NCBI GenBank assembly: GCA_051294375.1
Contig: CM119266.1
Coordinates: 18,772,087 to 18,836,086 of the forward strand
Source: Paraspadella gotoi
Taxonomy: Eukaryota > Animalia > Chaetognatha
Length of the DNA stretch: 64,000 nucleotides
Reading direction: 5' to 3'
Part shown: positions 25,061-37,974 of the stretch, one piece after another
Position numbering within the stretch: position 1 is the stretch's first letter
How the letters are laid out: every line of letters begins with the position of its first letter
Translations under genes and position numbers: made by a program
Notes under the pieces: generated by a model
What the model saw: only the letters and a program-made list of their open reading frames with translations
What the model was told of the DNA's origin: nothing
The model's database searches: none

Positions 25061-27724
25061 TTTTTTTTATAGTTTTTTTTCAGAAATGTATGTATAAAGC
25101 TTCATTGGGGAGGTTTCCAAATCAAACTTCTGATCCACCCCATTGCCATGGATTGCCGAATTCGATTGATAAATCCTTATTTTTTTAAAATCAGTATCCG
25201 TAATTGATAAAAGTTTCAACGTTTGAACAGTTATCAAAAATCACATCCTTTGATATTTTGATAAAAATATATTGAAAATAACAAATAGTTTTTTAAAGCC
25301 GCACTAATAGGTCGCGCGACCCGGTTGTTTGTTTTCCATTTCTTTCCAAAGATGATTTCCTTTTCACTACGTGTGCAAAAAAGGCCTTCAGGAACAGACT
25401 TTGAGCTTTCGGTTCCTCTTTTTACTCTCGCCCGCGCCCGCCCCCATTTTAGAGATCCCTTTTTTTTAGGAACGAAATGGCGTCCGTCCCATTTTCGAGA
25501 CCTTTTCTCAATAAAAAATGGGGTAATCGGATTTTATCTCGGAGTCGCGGGGGAGAAAAAAAAAGTAATTCGAAACTAAACAAACGCGAAAGGAAGAAAA
25601 CAAAAGTTACGCGACCCTCCCAGAAAGGGATTCACTTTTTATTATTCAATAATTACGTTTTACAATACGTTTAGAAATAAATCTTTTAATACAATTACAT
25701 CTTATTGTTATAAATTTTATTCAAAACTTATTAGTTAATTTTTAAGTTATGACAAAAAAAAAAACGTTTATTTCTGCGCCTTGGGGAAACGTTTACTATA
25801 TTTTTCGGGCTGACTGTTTCTCTTCGACCCCAAAATCAGTAAAAAGATGAGAACGTGAGACAGAGTGTGGCTTTTTACATATATATTTAGATATATACAA
25901 TAAGCAATTGATGAATCAAACAAAAATGTAAATAAGTATGAAACATATGCACGAGGAACATCTTATGGGTTATTTAATAAAACAATCAAATGTTACTCAA
26001 AATATCTTTAAATGATTTGTTTTCAGAAAACGAATTTATTTTTATTATTATTAATAAAAATGGAAATGTTTCGGTTATAGTGCTAGCTTTAATCAAGACA
26101 ATACAAGGTCTACATAATATCCTGTATTTTCTGATCAAGTGACTAAAATTCCGTGTGCTTACATGACTAATATAACTATACAAGTACAAAACATATCCAC
26201 AAGAGCATTTACGATTCCTAACTACCCTTATAAAATATTAATCAAATTATGAATTATAAACCATTTATTTTTTTAGATAATCACTTAATTGCACAAATAT
26301 AATACATATTAAAGGTTATATTACCTAACCTTTTTACCAAATATGAGCTTGATTAGAATTTTTCCATGGTTACTCGCGGTGAAACTTAAATATAAAAAAG
26401 AATAATTAAATTTTAAATTGTTTTTATTTTTCAATCATTTGAATATAAAATTTAAAATGGTTTCGTGATCACACAAGTATAAAGCTTAAGCCCAACAAAC
26501 CGTTATAATAATCCCATACCTTTTTCCTAAGTATTTATTAAAATTAATCCGTATTATTTCAATTTTTTTAGCATTCATTTTCTGGTCATATAATCGTATT
26601 TTAAGACACATGAATGCACAAATATATAAAATATCCATATCGGACAACCTTTTTAAAAATGATTTATTAAAATAATACATTATTTAAGTTATAAATATTT
26701 AAAACACGACAAAGTCGCAAACCAATGGACAGACCGACAGACGGCGTCGCAAATAAAAAGAAGAAAGCAAATGAAACTGAGTCGGCATCGCAGGGTCAAC
26801 CAAATGCGCCGAGGATCTGGTTTTCCCATCAACTTTATTGTCGTCTTAGGATTTTAAAGAACAGTAAAAAGAACAGTAAAAAGAAGCCGGGCGATGGGTT
26901 GAATATGGCGGAGCTGAGAGAAGACGCCAAGAGCGATATGAGAAAACGATAATCATGATGCTTTGAAATGTCACTTAAATAAATACTACAAAAAGACGTT
27001 TCATGACTCGAAAACAATTTTGTAGCATATTTAGGGATTTAGGAAATATTGTACAGTTAAGATAAGGAAAGTGGAAGCATTGGTATTTGCAATTAAATAT
27101 TTTAGAGCGACTAAACCAAAACTACGGACAAAGCAGTACGACAAAGTTATAAGAGTTAATATCACTGAATTTTACTTCCATAATATTAAATTACTTTTAA
27201 AAAGAACAATTTTAATTTACCATAGCTATTCTTTTCTCACTCATCGCTAACTTAACGTGATATCTCAGCAAACGAATTATCATTATGATAAAGAGGGAGC
27301 CATATTCTGCCCTCCATGTCGGCCTCTTTCTCATACAGCGCGAGAGAGAGTGAGACCGAGGTCGGCGTTTTTATCATATCGGATTTTGGGGTCATAGGTC
27401 GGCGGAAAAGGCGAAAGGAAGGACGAACGAAAGGCTAGAAAAAGAACGAAATTGCGGACGAAGCGTCATGCATGATGGACATAGGACGACGGTAAGGACA
27501 GAGAGAGGGAATTCCGGAGATACAGAAAAATAGGGAACGAGAGAGAGACAGAGCGAGTAAAAGGGGATGGAAAAAGGGAGAGGCTCTCTCTTCCAAAAGA
27601 CTTTCATTTCTGTTCCTTAATCTCTGAATTTCATTTTTACTTTGGTATTTAGCTTAAATTTATTATAAAATTTATAACTTGATGCTTAACCTTAATTCTA
27701 AACCCTTATCACTAACCTAATGTT

Positions 27725-28368
27725 TATGGTGGACTAAAATCCACCTACCGTTCATCAGCGACCGTTAGTGCCGGAGGCAAATCATTCGCCTCCCAACCCA
27801 AAGGTTGGGAGTTCTAGCCCGGTGGTCGTCTAACAGTTTAGAGGGACGGGGTGCTTAACCCGCCTCAAACGGTGTTATAGCCTGACCCAAAGCTCCGGGA
27901 CTGATTATATTGAACGGTTCTGTCAATAACACAACAATTACTATCTCTTCATTGGTGAGCCCGACTTCCGAATACAATAGCAATAACAATACTTTCAGGC
28001 GACATGCCTCAACCTGGCGATGCACTTTCCGCTAATAACACATCAGGCGACATGCCTCAACTTGGTGACAAACATTCTACCAAAAACAACAATTCACTAA
28101 AAAGACGCCACAAACTTTTCCTTGTGAGAAAGGGGGGATGTATGGACTAAAATCTACCATTCATCAGCGGCCATTGATGCCAGAGTCAATTCATTGGCTT
28201 CCCAACTCAAAAGTCCGGGGTTCTAGCCTGGTGGTCGCTTAGCAGTTAAAGAGGGATGGGGCGCTTAACCTGCTTGTAACACGGTATTACAGCCTGATCC
28301 GAAGCTCAGGGACTGCTTATATTGAACGGTTCTGTCATTAATACATAACAATAATTACTGATTCTTCA
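27725..28368 (+). mobile_element. TRIM (miniature LTR retrotransposon) with tRNA-like sequence in the LTRs
   Basis: LTRs 27725-27951 and 28139-28368 (TG..CA; first TG mutated to TA), PBS TGGTGAGCCCGAC at 27953, PPT GAGAAAGGGGGGA at 28126-28138, 4-bp TSD TGTT at 27721-27724 and 28369-28372. Confidence 0.85.
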
Positions 28369-31300
28369 TGTTCAACATTAACCCCTAATCTAATCATAAC
28401 CTTAATTCCTAACCTTATAATCATTAACTTAATCCTTAACCTTTTCCTTAATTAACCTTTAACACAAACTTTAAAACTAAAAATTGAATTCTAATTTTAA
28501 AATGAAATGGGGCGTTCTAAGAAAATAAGGCTAAGACGTATTTTGATAGTTATTTTTGGTTCAAGATTCTGAGATTTGTTTTATCGAATTGGTGGGTGGG
28601 TAGTGGAATACAACTCGTTGTAGACATGCTATTCATCATATGTAGGATTTCTCAGGATTTTATGACCAACTTGACTGATATGTATTCGGATCTGGGGGTA
28701 GGGGGATCGATTATGGAACGAATGAACAAAATTCGAGAAAGAAGATTCGATCATCATCATAGAAAACAGCCTTTGTTTAAAAATATTGGAAGTACTCGAG
28801 GAAGAAGAGTATTATTTGTAATTTCTCAGTTTCAACGTGTAAATGATAAGAAATGGATTCCCGTGTAGGTTCTTGGATAATCCTAAACCCTGATTTTGTT
28901 TCAATGGCGTGTTTCGAAAGATGTGGCTAAAAATGACGCAGGACATGATTCGGCTACGCAAGAACGAAACAACCGTTAAGAATACACGAGAAAAATAAGA
29001 CGGGGAGGGGAAGAGAGAGATATATATATTTATCGCTAAGACTTAGAAAGAAATACGTAAAGTAAGATGGCGACAATAAGCTTCAAGGTCATCAATTGAA
29101 CGACAAAAGGGCTTAATTTAACATTTGCCGACTAAGGTTAGGTCGTAAAGTTAGGGGTTGTTAAAAGTGGTTTAAGATTAAGTGTTAATTAAGGTTAAAA
29201 ATGATTAAGATTAAAATAAACAATTTTTTTTCTCAATACAATTTTTATACGCGTATAAAAAACAAAAAATCCTTGAGGGCGAATGAAAAATTCTACCCGC
29301 AAAAGTTTTAGTTTTTAAAAACGCGCGAATTCCTCGGGGAGATTTACTATTTCGCCGTCAGAGTTTATTTTTTCCTTCATTAACGTACGAGGACTCGTAT
29401 TTTTCTTTCTCCATTGCTTTTTATATCTCCTTTACCTCAAGCTCTCTCTCTCTCTCCCTCTAAATGCATTTTTAAAAATTCATCGTTGCGTAAAATCATG
29501 TTTTCCTTGCCCCGTTCGCCGTCATGCGACGCTTTCTGGTCCCATTTTTGTCAAAAGAAAAAGGAGGCCAAAAAAAATTGTTTTTTTTCTTTCTTTTTTT
29601 TTTCATAAAGTCTTTATTCATAAACTCGAGTCGATATTACGCGGTTGGACGCGTTTCTCGCTCTCCTTTTTGGAAGAGGTGGTCGCTCAAGAGGGCGTCT
29701 TGTTCCAAAGTTTTTGGGCTCTCGACCACCCCGTCTCTTCCCCCCCCCAGACTTTTTTTTAAAGAGTATTAATTAATACATCCGATAAATTCTTTTATGA
29801 TTCTGGGTAATAAGGTATATGTTAAAGAGAGTAAGGGGGAAACATTAAATGAGTCACACATCTATCACATCTATCTTTTACCACCCCAAATTTCTTTTGG
29901 TCTGTGCTCCTGTCACAGACGGCCACACCTACTTTCATTGATAAATGAAGCGCGGTTTACAGTGTATGATCGGGCGCCCCAAGGGACACCTTTGTCTCAG
30001 CTTCGCGGGACCTTGTCCTAAGGGAGAATTAAACGGTTATGGTATGCTTATGACGATAATTATCAGCTGATCATCGACGTTTCGCTTGGGTAGATAAGCG
30101 ACGGAGCGAATCGAAGCGGGAACAAAAATTGAGTATATTTTATTTTTAGCATTTAAAATCTTTAAAATAAAAAAAAAATATGAATTTTATATTTCTGTTA
30201 GTATAGATATATTATTCGCTCGAAATTCCTCTTCACTCGGCCATGAGGCAATAGCCAATGGGCTCCATGTGGACCGAGAAGGAATCTCGGTTATCATTCG
30301 GTGTCATTGGGTCACCTGACCTTTTGACCGATCCTGCTTCTTTTTAAAGGCCAATATTCGCTTCTTCCCCTCGCTTATCCGTGAACAGCGAAACGCAAAA
30401 GAAGAGGGAATATCAGCGAACCGTACATGCTGGCAGCGTGCGAGCTGTCTTTACAATCGCAATTAAATAATTTTATTCAATTCATTTTTAAGTGTATGAA
30501 ATAACTTTTTAATTTTGAAATTGTTAAAAAGAACGATTGCCGATAATTCTCTACACGCCACATATCTTTAACTGCTGACCTCATCTAAAGAATGAAATCT
30601 GAAGCGACTCATTAGCTGAATCTAAAATACTAAAATTTTACAGAAAAAATACTAGGTCAAAAAAACTTCAAACTGCTTATAATTGAACCAGAGAATAGTA
30701 GTAATAATAAAATTATACAGGGGTAGGACCACATATCCGGACAAAATGTTTAGTCCTAACCAGTCTATACTATTTAAGATTTAATAATAAAATAAATACT
30801 AAATAATTTAATAACTTTTTATTTTCAAAAGCAATAAAAGCATTTTTTATTAATTACATAGTTTTGCAGATTTTCAAAAACCATATAGCTGTTTTTATGC
30901 GCGCGCATTTATCGTATATGCTGAGAGCCATACTTTTACAGGTTGTTTCTAAACATGATAATAGCCCGTTTTATCTTTAATTTCGTGTATTCACAGCTTT
31001 ATTTCAATTTCTGTAAGGTAAGTTAATTAAAATTTTAAAAAGTTTTTAAAAATTTTGTAAATCATTATATATTACTGCTTTAAATCCTATATAATGCATT
31101 CAGAATTCTAAATTGATTAAGTTACTTATCTAACAATATCATTAATAATTTTTTTAGAATAAAGGTAAGTTTTATTAAATATTTGACCGTAACAGTACCA
31201 TATCCTAACCTTCCTATTTATAAATTTTTCAAAAAAAAATTAATATACTATAAATAAATATTTTTGTCAATAATTTTAACAGGCATGCTTGATAATAAAA

Positions 31301-31380
31301 CCAAATGAGCATTATATCAATGTATTTCAAAGATATCAATATAGTGTCTCAAGCGTACTATGACTAAAGTTTAAAATTAG

Positions 31381-32533
31381 AAAGGTACGTGACCATTTGA
31401 AACCCGCCGCTAGAAAAAATTCACCAAAGGAAAACGTAAAAAGATTTTAAAATTTTGAAAAGAGGTACTTAAAGACAAGACCTACTAAATTTTTATGTAT
31501 AAATATCATTTTTTCCGGTTTACTTCTACTTTAACAAGAAGAGGTAAAAAATAGCTTAGAAAATGATCTCCCTGCTCGATAGCTTAAAGTTTTTGAATGA
31601 AAACTTTTTCAAAAAAGTAACAATAATATTTACATTGTCTGAAAGCCCTTTAAAAACTGTATACTATGAAATATTTTGCGATCCTGTAATATAAAAAAAT
31701 ATATTTTTGAGGCCCAGTCAAAGTTATATGGTATAGATTTATAATTACCTTAGTTTTAAGAATAGTCAATAACAAAATATATTATTTTTAAGAAATTATA
31801 ATCCATATTCCTGAATCAATTTTTAACGGGATTTCTTATGATACCCTTATTAGCACTAATTAGTGAGATTATGATTGTTTAACAGAGCCATCAATTCCAG
31901 GTAAAAAGTTTCCCTTTATTTCTGATTGAAATGCTCGAATTTGTTTCATCTTCTTTCGCTCATTACGAACTCAAAATAAAATCAATTATCTAGAAATTTA
32001 TACATAAAAAATGAGTACGTCTTGTCTATATATATCTTTTTTCAAAATGTTAAAATTTCTATGCGTTTTCATATTGTGAATTTTTTATAGCGGCGGGTTT
32101 CAAATGGTCATTAGGTGAGGGATAGATTAGTAAGTGATAAAGTAAAAGTTTAAGAATTAAGATAGAGCTCAAAATAAGCTGGCCCCCATTAGTTTTTGCA
32201 AATGAAAGGCCTGATCAATGAGGTCGGGTCATGGACGCGTCACTGGTTGAGAAGACAATTTGATCAAGCTCGTTAGCGCTGCACTGGGGAGGCTTCCTTG
32301 GGAGAAGATTCCAAGGGCTACTTGAATGTCTCTCTGGCCTGATACGCCTGCCGACTGCCCTCTTTTTGCCTGCTGGCGAGGCGGACGGTTGTCCAATGTC
32401 CATTCTTGCCACTTTTGCAACAGGAGTACTGGACTCCTCCCCCTCTTCCTGCAGCCGTTATTTTGAGCTCTATCTTAATTCTTCAACTTTCATTTTATCA
32501 CTTACTTAACTATCCCTCACCTAATGTATCTTT
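31381..32533. mobile_element. MITE with about 70-bp TIRs, right TIR interrupted by a second element
   Basis: AAAGGTACGTGACCATTTGAAACCCGCCGCTA at 31381; reverse complement at 32077-32110, continuing as TGTATCTTT at 32525-32533. Confidence 0.75.
32111..32524. mobile_element. Nested foldback/MITE with about 70-bp TIRs and a GC-rich core
   Basis: TTAGGTGAGGGATAG...GAGCTCAAAATAA (32111-32177) is inverted at 32458-32524. Confidence 0.8.
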
Positions 32534-32933
32534 TCAAATTTCAAACATTTCTTTCTTTTCACATTCACTTATTTAATAGTAGCTTAATTGTTAATACTTA
32601 TTATTTATTTAGTTTACATGGTTTAATCCTTTCTTTTCGTTGCGGTTTCGATTTAGAAAAAGTTTTTATTTTGTAACAAAAATAAAAACTTTATTTAGTT
32701 TACAAAAACTTTTATCTTTGATGTATATAGCACAATGTATCATTTTCTCTCCCTCTCTCTCGCTGTCTCTTCTTTTCTAACTAACTGACCATTTCACTTC
32801 TTTTCAAAACGAACTATCTGTCCTCACCTTAAACCTGTCCTCACTATTTGACCACTCCCTATTTGTCTTTCTCTCTCTCTCTCTCGCCACTTCTGCACAA
32901 ATTTTGTCTAACATTTCAAAAACCAAATTGACG

Positions 32934-32968
32934 CTGATGAAGGCTTGCATTTAAAGCCGAAACATGTA
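32934..32968 (+). ncRNA. Minimal hammerhead ribozyme core (Penelope-type)
   Basis: CTGATGA-A, stem II GGCTT/AAGCC, GAAACATGTA; downstream AATAAA-GTCGTTGTT and ACAACGAAAA tail as in the 43169 copy. Confidence 0.6.
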
Positions 32969-33924
32969 CTTTTTTTCTCTGTGAAAATAAAGTCGTTGTT
33001 GAAAATAATTTCAAACTTTTCTAAATCTAATAACAACGAAAAAAAGTTTACAATACAATATAAATATATTGTAATTTCTGTTCTGATCCCCGCAGAATGG
33101 GAGTGAATCATTTCTTGTACTTCATAAATAAACCATACCATATATCATTACAAAATATCTCAAATAAAAATTTCGTTCTAAAGTGATCCATTATAATGCG
33201 CAATTTAAATGAGGTGGGATTTTCGTTTTAACAATTTAAGTGATATCAAATTTGAATAGTTGTCCAGCTTTTAGTTTTTGTGTGCAATTTATTACAGTTT
33301 ATTGTGCCCTTGACGAAGAGTTTTGTAAATTAGAAATTGATTTTAGAAAAAAAGAATTATTCATTGAGTGTATAGAAAATTTGTTTTCATGACTGCCTTC
33401 AGGAAATTGATAAACACTGCAAATTTAGTATGAGAGGCATTCGGCAAATTATGTTGGAAGCATAGAGTACTTTTTACTTCTAAAACTATTTTCAAACAAA
33501 CTGCAGCTCATGTGCATTGTTAATGTAAACCCATCAAATACTGTCAAATCCGGAAGGACTATCTTGAAAATCTGACAGGAAAGTCAGGTAACCCTCAATA
33601 TCACGGAGCAACGAGTACAGTAAATACATTTTTATAACTATATTTATTGACTGTATTCATTTGTAAAGTGACAGTACGCTTGTATCAACTAAAAGCTAAA
33701 AGCATGAAGAATTCGAATACTCAATCAAAATCATTGACTGTTTTAGAGTAAATTTTGTTCAGATATATGGTCCCACCTCTGTAAGGGCTACTAACTTTAC
33801 TCAAAAACGTTACGCTTTTCTTACATAAAGGTACAATTAGGGAATTTATATTAGGCAATTCTTGATGGGTAATACAAAAGCAGATTTATTTTCATTTTTT
33901 CGGCAAAGGTTGAGAGTTGTTTGC

Positions 33925-34235
33925 CAATATTTTGATTTACATAAGATCATTTTTAAGGCAGTCCAAGTGATAATAGTTTAAAAATTAAGAGGGAAAGGTA
34001 AAGAGGAAGAGAGAGCGCAAGAGAGAGATGCATTATTAAAAATGAATCAATGATTCATAATGGTGAAAGGGGCTACGGCTTAGCCCTGAATTGCTTTTTT
34101 AAAGTCTCTATCCTCAATTTATTTTGAATTTTGTGTGTCTCTCTTTCAATCTTTTTCGCTTTCCTTTTTATTTTATGAATTATTTTAACTGAGGCTGCAT
34201 TGATAAATAATCAATCTATATTAATCAAAATATAT
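33925..34235. repeat. Decayed inverted-repeat element downstream of ALDH1L
   Basis: TATTTTGATT..AAGGCAGTC is inverted at ACTGAGGCTGC..AATCAAAATA; GGCTTAGCCCT (34077) is inverted as AGGGCTAAGCC (34380). Confidence 0.4.
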
Positions 34236-34554
34236 TTGTATTTTTTTGCTAATTTTTAAAATCAGATTGATTATTTTTTAAGGCAGTTCAAAAGAGAGAG
34301 AGAAAGCGAGGGAATATTCTAAACGAATAATGATGATAATAATAATAATAATAATTGACATCAAAAGAGCAATATGTAGAGGGCTAAGCCCTGGCCGCTC
34401 CCCTCAAATTTCTGTGTTCGTTTGTATTTTGCCTTTCACTCTCTTCCCCTTTTCCTATTTTACGACCAACCAAATAAAATATGTCATTCCTGTGTATGAG
34501 ATGTCTTTTCAAAAAATTCAATTAGGAAAGAATTGAAGTTGTTAAATACATATA

Positions 34555-37320
34555 TCAATTTACACTGTATTCAACTGTGACGCACTTTGTTTTGAGATAT
34601 TCATTCAAAGCCTCCTCCCCCAAATCTTTGCCAAATCCCGATTGCTTGAACCCTCCAAAAGGAGCTGCAACATCCGTCTTATTGTAAGTGTTGATGAAGC
34701 AAGTACCGGCGTCAATTTTTTGCGCCACTTGCATCGCTTTGTCAAGATCGCGCGTGAAGACGCCGGATGCGAGTCCAAATTCGGTAGCATTGGCGCGTCG
34801 AACGACCCCATCGACGTCACCATACGCAAACTTGGAGATGATCATGATTGGCCCGAAGCTCTCCTCATCGGCGATCCACATGTCGTCGGTAACATTGGTG
34901 AAGACGGTTGGCTCGAGAAAAAGTCCAGGTCGCGCTTGCTTTCCACCATAGACCAATGTGGCACCTTCTTGAACGCCCCGATCGCAAAACTCTAGGAGCT
35001 TTTGGAAGTGGGCGCGATGGTTCTGGGGTCCGTGGGCAGTAGAACGATCTAAGGGGTCACCAATCTTCATCTTTTTTATTTCTTCAATAACACGGTTCAC
35101 GTACATGTCGTGAATAGTGTCCTCGACAAACAGGCGGCCGGCAGCGATACAGTTCTCTCCCTTGTTGAAAAACACCGCCCCCATACCCATACGGACGGCC
35201 TTTTCCAGATCGCAATCAGAGAAGATGATAAGAGGAGATTTGCCCCCCAACTCCAGTGAAACCTTCTTAACATTGGAGACGGCACAGGAATGCATGATCT
35301 GTTTACCAATCTCGGTGGAACCAGTGAAACCGACTTTTCTCACATCAGGGTGGTCGCACATGGCCTGACCTACTAGGGACCCGGATCCAGGAATGATATT
35401 GACGACTCCCGGGGGAAAGCCGGCTTTGACAGTCAATTCTGCAAATTTTAAGGCAGTCAAAGGAGTTACTTGAGCGGGTTTGAGCACCACAGTGTTTCCT
35501 GCAGCAAGACATGCGGCAGATTTCCAAGCAAGCATCATGAGTGGGTAATTCCAAGGGATTACTATTCCGCAAACACCTAATGGCTCTCGCCTAGTGTAGG
35601 TTAAATTCATATTTGGCTTTGCATTATTAATAGGGATCGTCTTTCCCTGAATCTTATCACACCAACCGGCAAAATATCTGAAAGTGTCAATGGACATTCC
35701 TACATGTGTCTTCAAGGCCAATGTATAAACGGCCCCAGAATCAATAGCCTCAATAGTGGCCAGTTCCTCCTGGTGCTGCTCCATAAGGTCGGCAAGACGG
35801 TGAAGTAGTGCACCCCTATCTCTCGCATTCATTTCACCCCATTTTCCTTCAAAGGCGCGTTTGGCAGCGGCGACTGCAACATTGACATCCTCTGTCCCGG
35901 CATGGGCCACTGCACAGATTACAGACTCATCTGTTGGGTTTATAGTGTTCTGTTTTTTTCCTGAAATGGCGTCCACAAACTTATTGTCAATAAAAACCTG
36001 ATTTGGGAACTGGATATCCATATTATTGACTCTCATTTTTACAGCGTCATAGCTAAATTCTTCCACGTCGCCCCCACGCGAGACAAGAATGCACTTGATA
36101 ATGAACTCATCAAACGTGGTCGCCATGTAGACATCTTCATTAGTCAGTGAGATTCCTGGACACTTTTCTTTAACCTCCTCAACCAGTCGAGTTACATCCA
36201 TCGAACCAGCTCCTGAAGCAAAGAAATCTGTGTCCCCTTCAATATCTTTCATTAGGATTCCTTTCCAAATCGCTAAAACGTTCTGCTTTACCACCAAATC
36301 TTCATCAGTGAACTCAATAGTCACTTTAGTATCATCCTGTTTTCCAAACTTGCTCGCAGGCATCATTTTCCCTTTTATTTGCAGCTGGCGAACATTTATG
36401 GTTTTATTATCAGGGGCAAAGAGTAGGAGACCATCGGCATGAACAATGCCTGGACGGGTCATTCCAGAGATGAGCACTTCGTCCCCCGCGGGAACTGCTG
36501 ATGTCCACAAACTCGAGCTAAACATGGTAACTTGTTCACCTCCAATTTCTGTCCAAGCACCGGGAATTTTGTCGTTGCCTCTGATGAAATTGTGGAGTTG
36601 AATGGCAGAGGTGATTTTATCCCAAGGGATTTGGGCCACTTCTTTTTTGTTCCAAATTGGGTCATAGGAGGCTCCATCTTCCGTCTGGACAATGGCTGGA
36701 GCTTTTCCACTCTGGACCAAGTTTACTGCTTCTGCCATGGATTTTATTCCTTCTGGATACATAAATCTGTTGTACAGAGAGTCTACCGTATCTTCAGGCT
36801 GCACATCAGTTGACTTTTGCAGTAGGATTGGTCCGGTGTCCAGCCCGTCGTCCGCCCAGAAAATAGTGAATCCTGCCTTAGCATCTCCTTCCATCAGCGT
36901 CCAGTTGATGGCCGAAGCACCGCGGTGTCGAGGCAGAATTGAAGGGTGGTACACGATCGATTTGTGCTTAGGGTAGTTGATTACGGGCATGGGTATGAAT
37001 TGTGAACAAAATGGCATCACGTTCAACTCAGCTCCACATGATTTGTATTGTTCAAAAACTTCCTCCAAAACGGGATTGTCCTTATTTCGCCATCGCGGAA
37101 ACTTAAAGACTGGTGTGTTGTCCTTCTCAGCCTCGGTCGCCAGGATATCGGGCCGCCCACCTCGGTCTGGGATGGTAAAGACTCCAACAACTTCGTGGCC
37201 ATCCTTTCGCAAAGCTTTATAAACTTCCTGGCCGAACTGGCTCTGGCCGATAATGGCCACTCTTAGATCGTTCTGTCTAGTCACGGAGAATCGGCGTGTA
37301 AAGTTTCTTAAACTGAGCAT
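34555..37320 (-). CDS. ALDH1L2: 10-formyltetrahydrofolate dehydrogenase (ALDH1L family), probably mitochondrial, intronless, 921 aa
   Basis: Formyltransferase domain ([31 protein letters not shown]), ACP-like domain ([12 protein letters not shown]) and ALDH domain ([33 protein letters not shown]). The N-terminus [12 protein letters not shown] looks like a mitochondrial presequence. Start placed at the second ATG, 16 nt after a splice acceptor. The L1/L2 label is functional, not a proven orthology. Confidence 0.96.
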   Translation of the reverse strand: MLSLRNFTRRFSVTRQNDLRVAIIGQSQFGQEVYKALRKDGHEVVGVFTIPDRGGRPDILATEAEKDNTPVFKFPRWRNKDNPVLEEVFEQYKSCGAELNVMPFCSQFIPMPVINYPKHKSIVYHPSILPRHRGASAINWTLMEGDAKAGFTIFWADDGLDTGPILLQKSTDVQPEDTVDSLYNRFMYPEGIKSMAEAVNLVQSGKAPAIVQTEDGASYDPIWNKKEVAQIPWDKITSAIQLHNFIRGNDKIPGAWTEIGGEQVTMFSSSLWTSAVPAGDEVLISGMTRPGIVHADGLLLFAPDNKTINVRQLQIKGKMMPASKFGKQDDTKVTIEFTDEDLVVKQNVLAIWKGILMKDIEGDTDFFASGAGSMDVTRLVEEVKEKCPGISLTNEDVYMATTFDEFIIKCILVSRGGDVEEFSYDAVKMRVNNMDIQFPNQVFIDNKFVDAISGKKQNTINPTDESVICAVAHAGTEDVNVAVAAAKRAFEGKWGEMNARDRGALLHRLADLMEQHQEELATIEAIDSGAVYTLALKTHVGMSIDTFRYFAGWCDKIQGKTIPINNAKPNMNLTYTRREPLGVCGIVIPWNYPLMMLAWKSAACLAAGNTVVLKPAQVTPLTALKFAELTVKAGFPPGVVNIIPGSGSLVGQAMCDHPDVRKVGFTGSTEIGKQIMHSCAVSNVKKVSLELGGKSPLIIFSDCDLEKAVRMGMGAVFFNKGENCIAAGRLFVEDTIHDMYVNRVIEEIKKMKIGDPLDRSTAHGPQNHRAHFQKLLEFCDRGVQEGATLVYGGKQARPGLFLEPTVFTNVTDDMWIADEESFGPIMIISKFAYGDVDGVVRRANATEFGLASGVFTRDLDKAMQVAQKIDAGTCFINTYNKTDVAAPFGGFKQSGFGKDLGEEALNEYLKTKCVTVEYSVN

Positions 37321-37519
37321 TTTTCCGTTACAATTTCTATAGAAAAAGAATAAAGATAACATTTAACAACAAAATAAAAAATATGATGACAGTCGCGAAA
37401 ATACATACAGTTAAAAGGAGTTTATACATCAGTAAAGTGCCAGAAATATCTTATTAAATGCATATTTGTCATTTTTTACCATTCATATATAACATGTATT
37501 ACATTAAGTTTTTTTTAAA

Positions 37520-37680
37520 AATTCAAAATTTTGGGTGACCCCCCCCGAGGGGCCCATATCTCGGCTCACGGGTCAAATATTGAAATTCGCCGCGATAGTT
37601 CTATTTGCATTCACATAAGGATCCTTCATACCAAATTCCAATTAATTTGGTCCAGTAGTTTTTGAAAAAAACCGCGACCT
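37520..37680 (+). repeat. HINE/DINE-like fragment in the DMGDH-ALDH1L spacer
   Basis: CATACCAAATTCCAA..GGTCCAGTAGTTTTTG motif, typical of such invertebrate elements. Confidence 0.4.
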
Positions 37681-37974
37681 CATTTTATAATATGAAGCCT
37701 TCTGTATTTAAATTTCCAAAATGGTATCCTTACTAATCAAATAAAGTTTTTATTTGTAAAATAAAGTGGATATCTTAAGAAAATAGAAATTATTTGTTAT
37801 GGGTTAGTATTTTTAAAATGTTTGATGAAGTTTTAATCATTAATCAAGAAAAAGGTAAAAAGTACATCTTCCCAGCTTTAGATTTAACTTATTCAATCTC
37901 AGATTTTGAATTCTAAATTAGGATAAAATATTTTTTTTTTATTTAAGTTTAAGAAATAAATAACACTTAGATTT

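Noticed and set aside
34605-37266. Short ORFs overlapping ALDH1L, DMGDH and BHMT on other frames or strands
   Set aside because: Shadow ORFs of GC-richer coding sequence.
37321-37362. ORF-track start [14 protein letters not shown] for ALDH1L
   Set aside because: It runs through a polypyrimidine tract and acceptor; the ATG at 37320 gives a better presequence.
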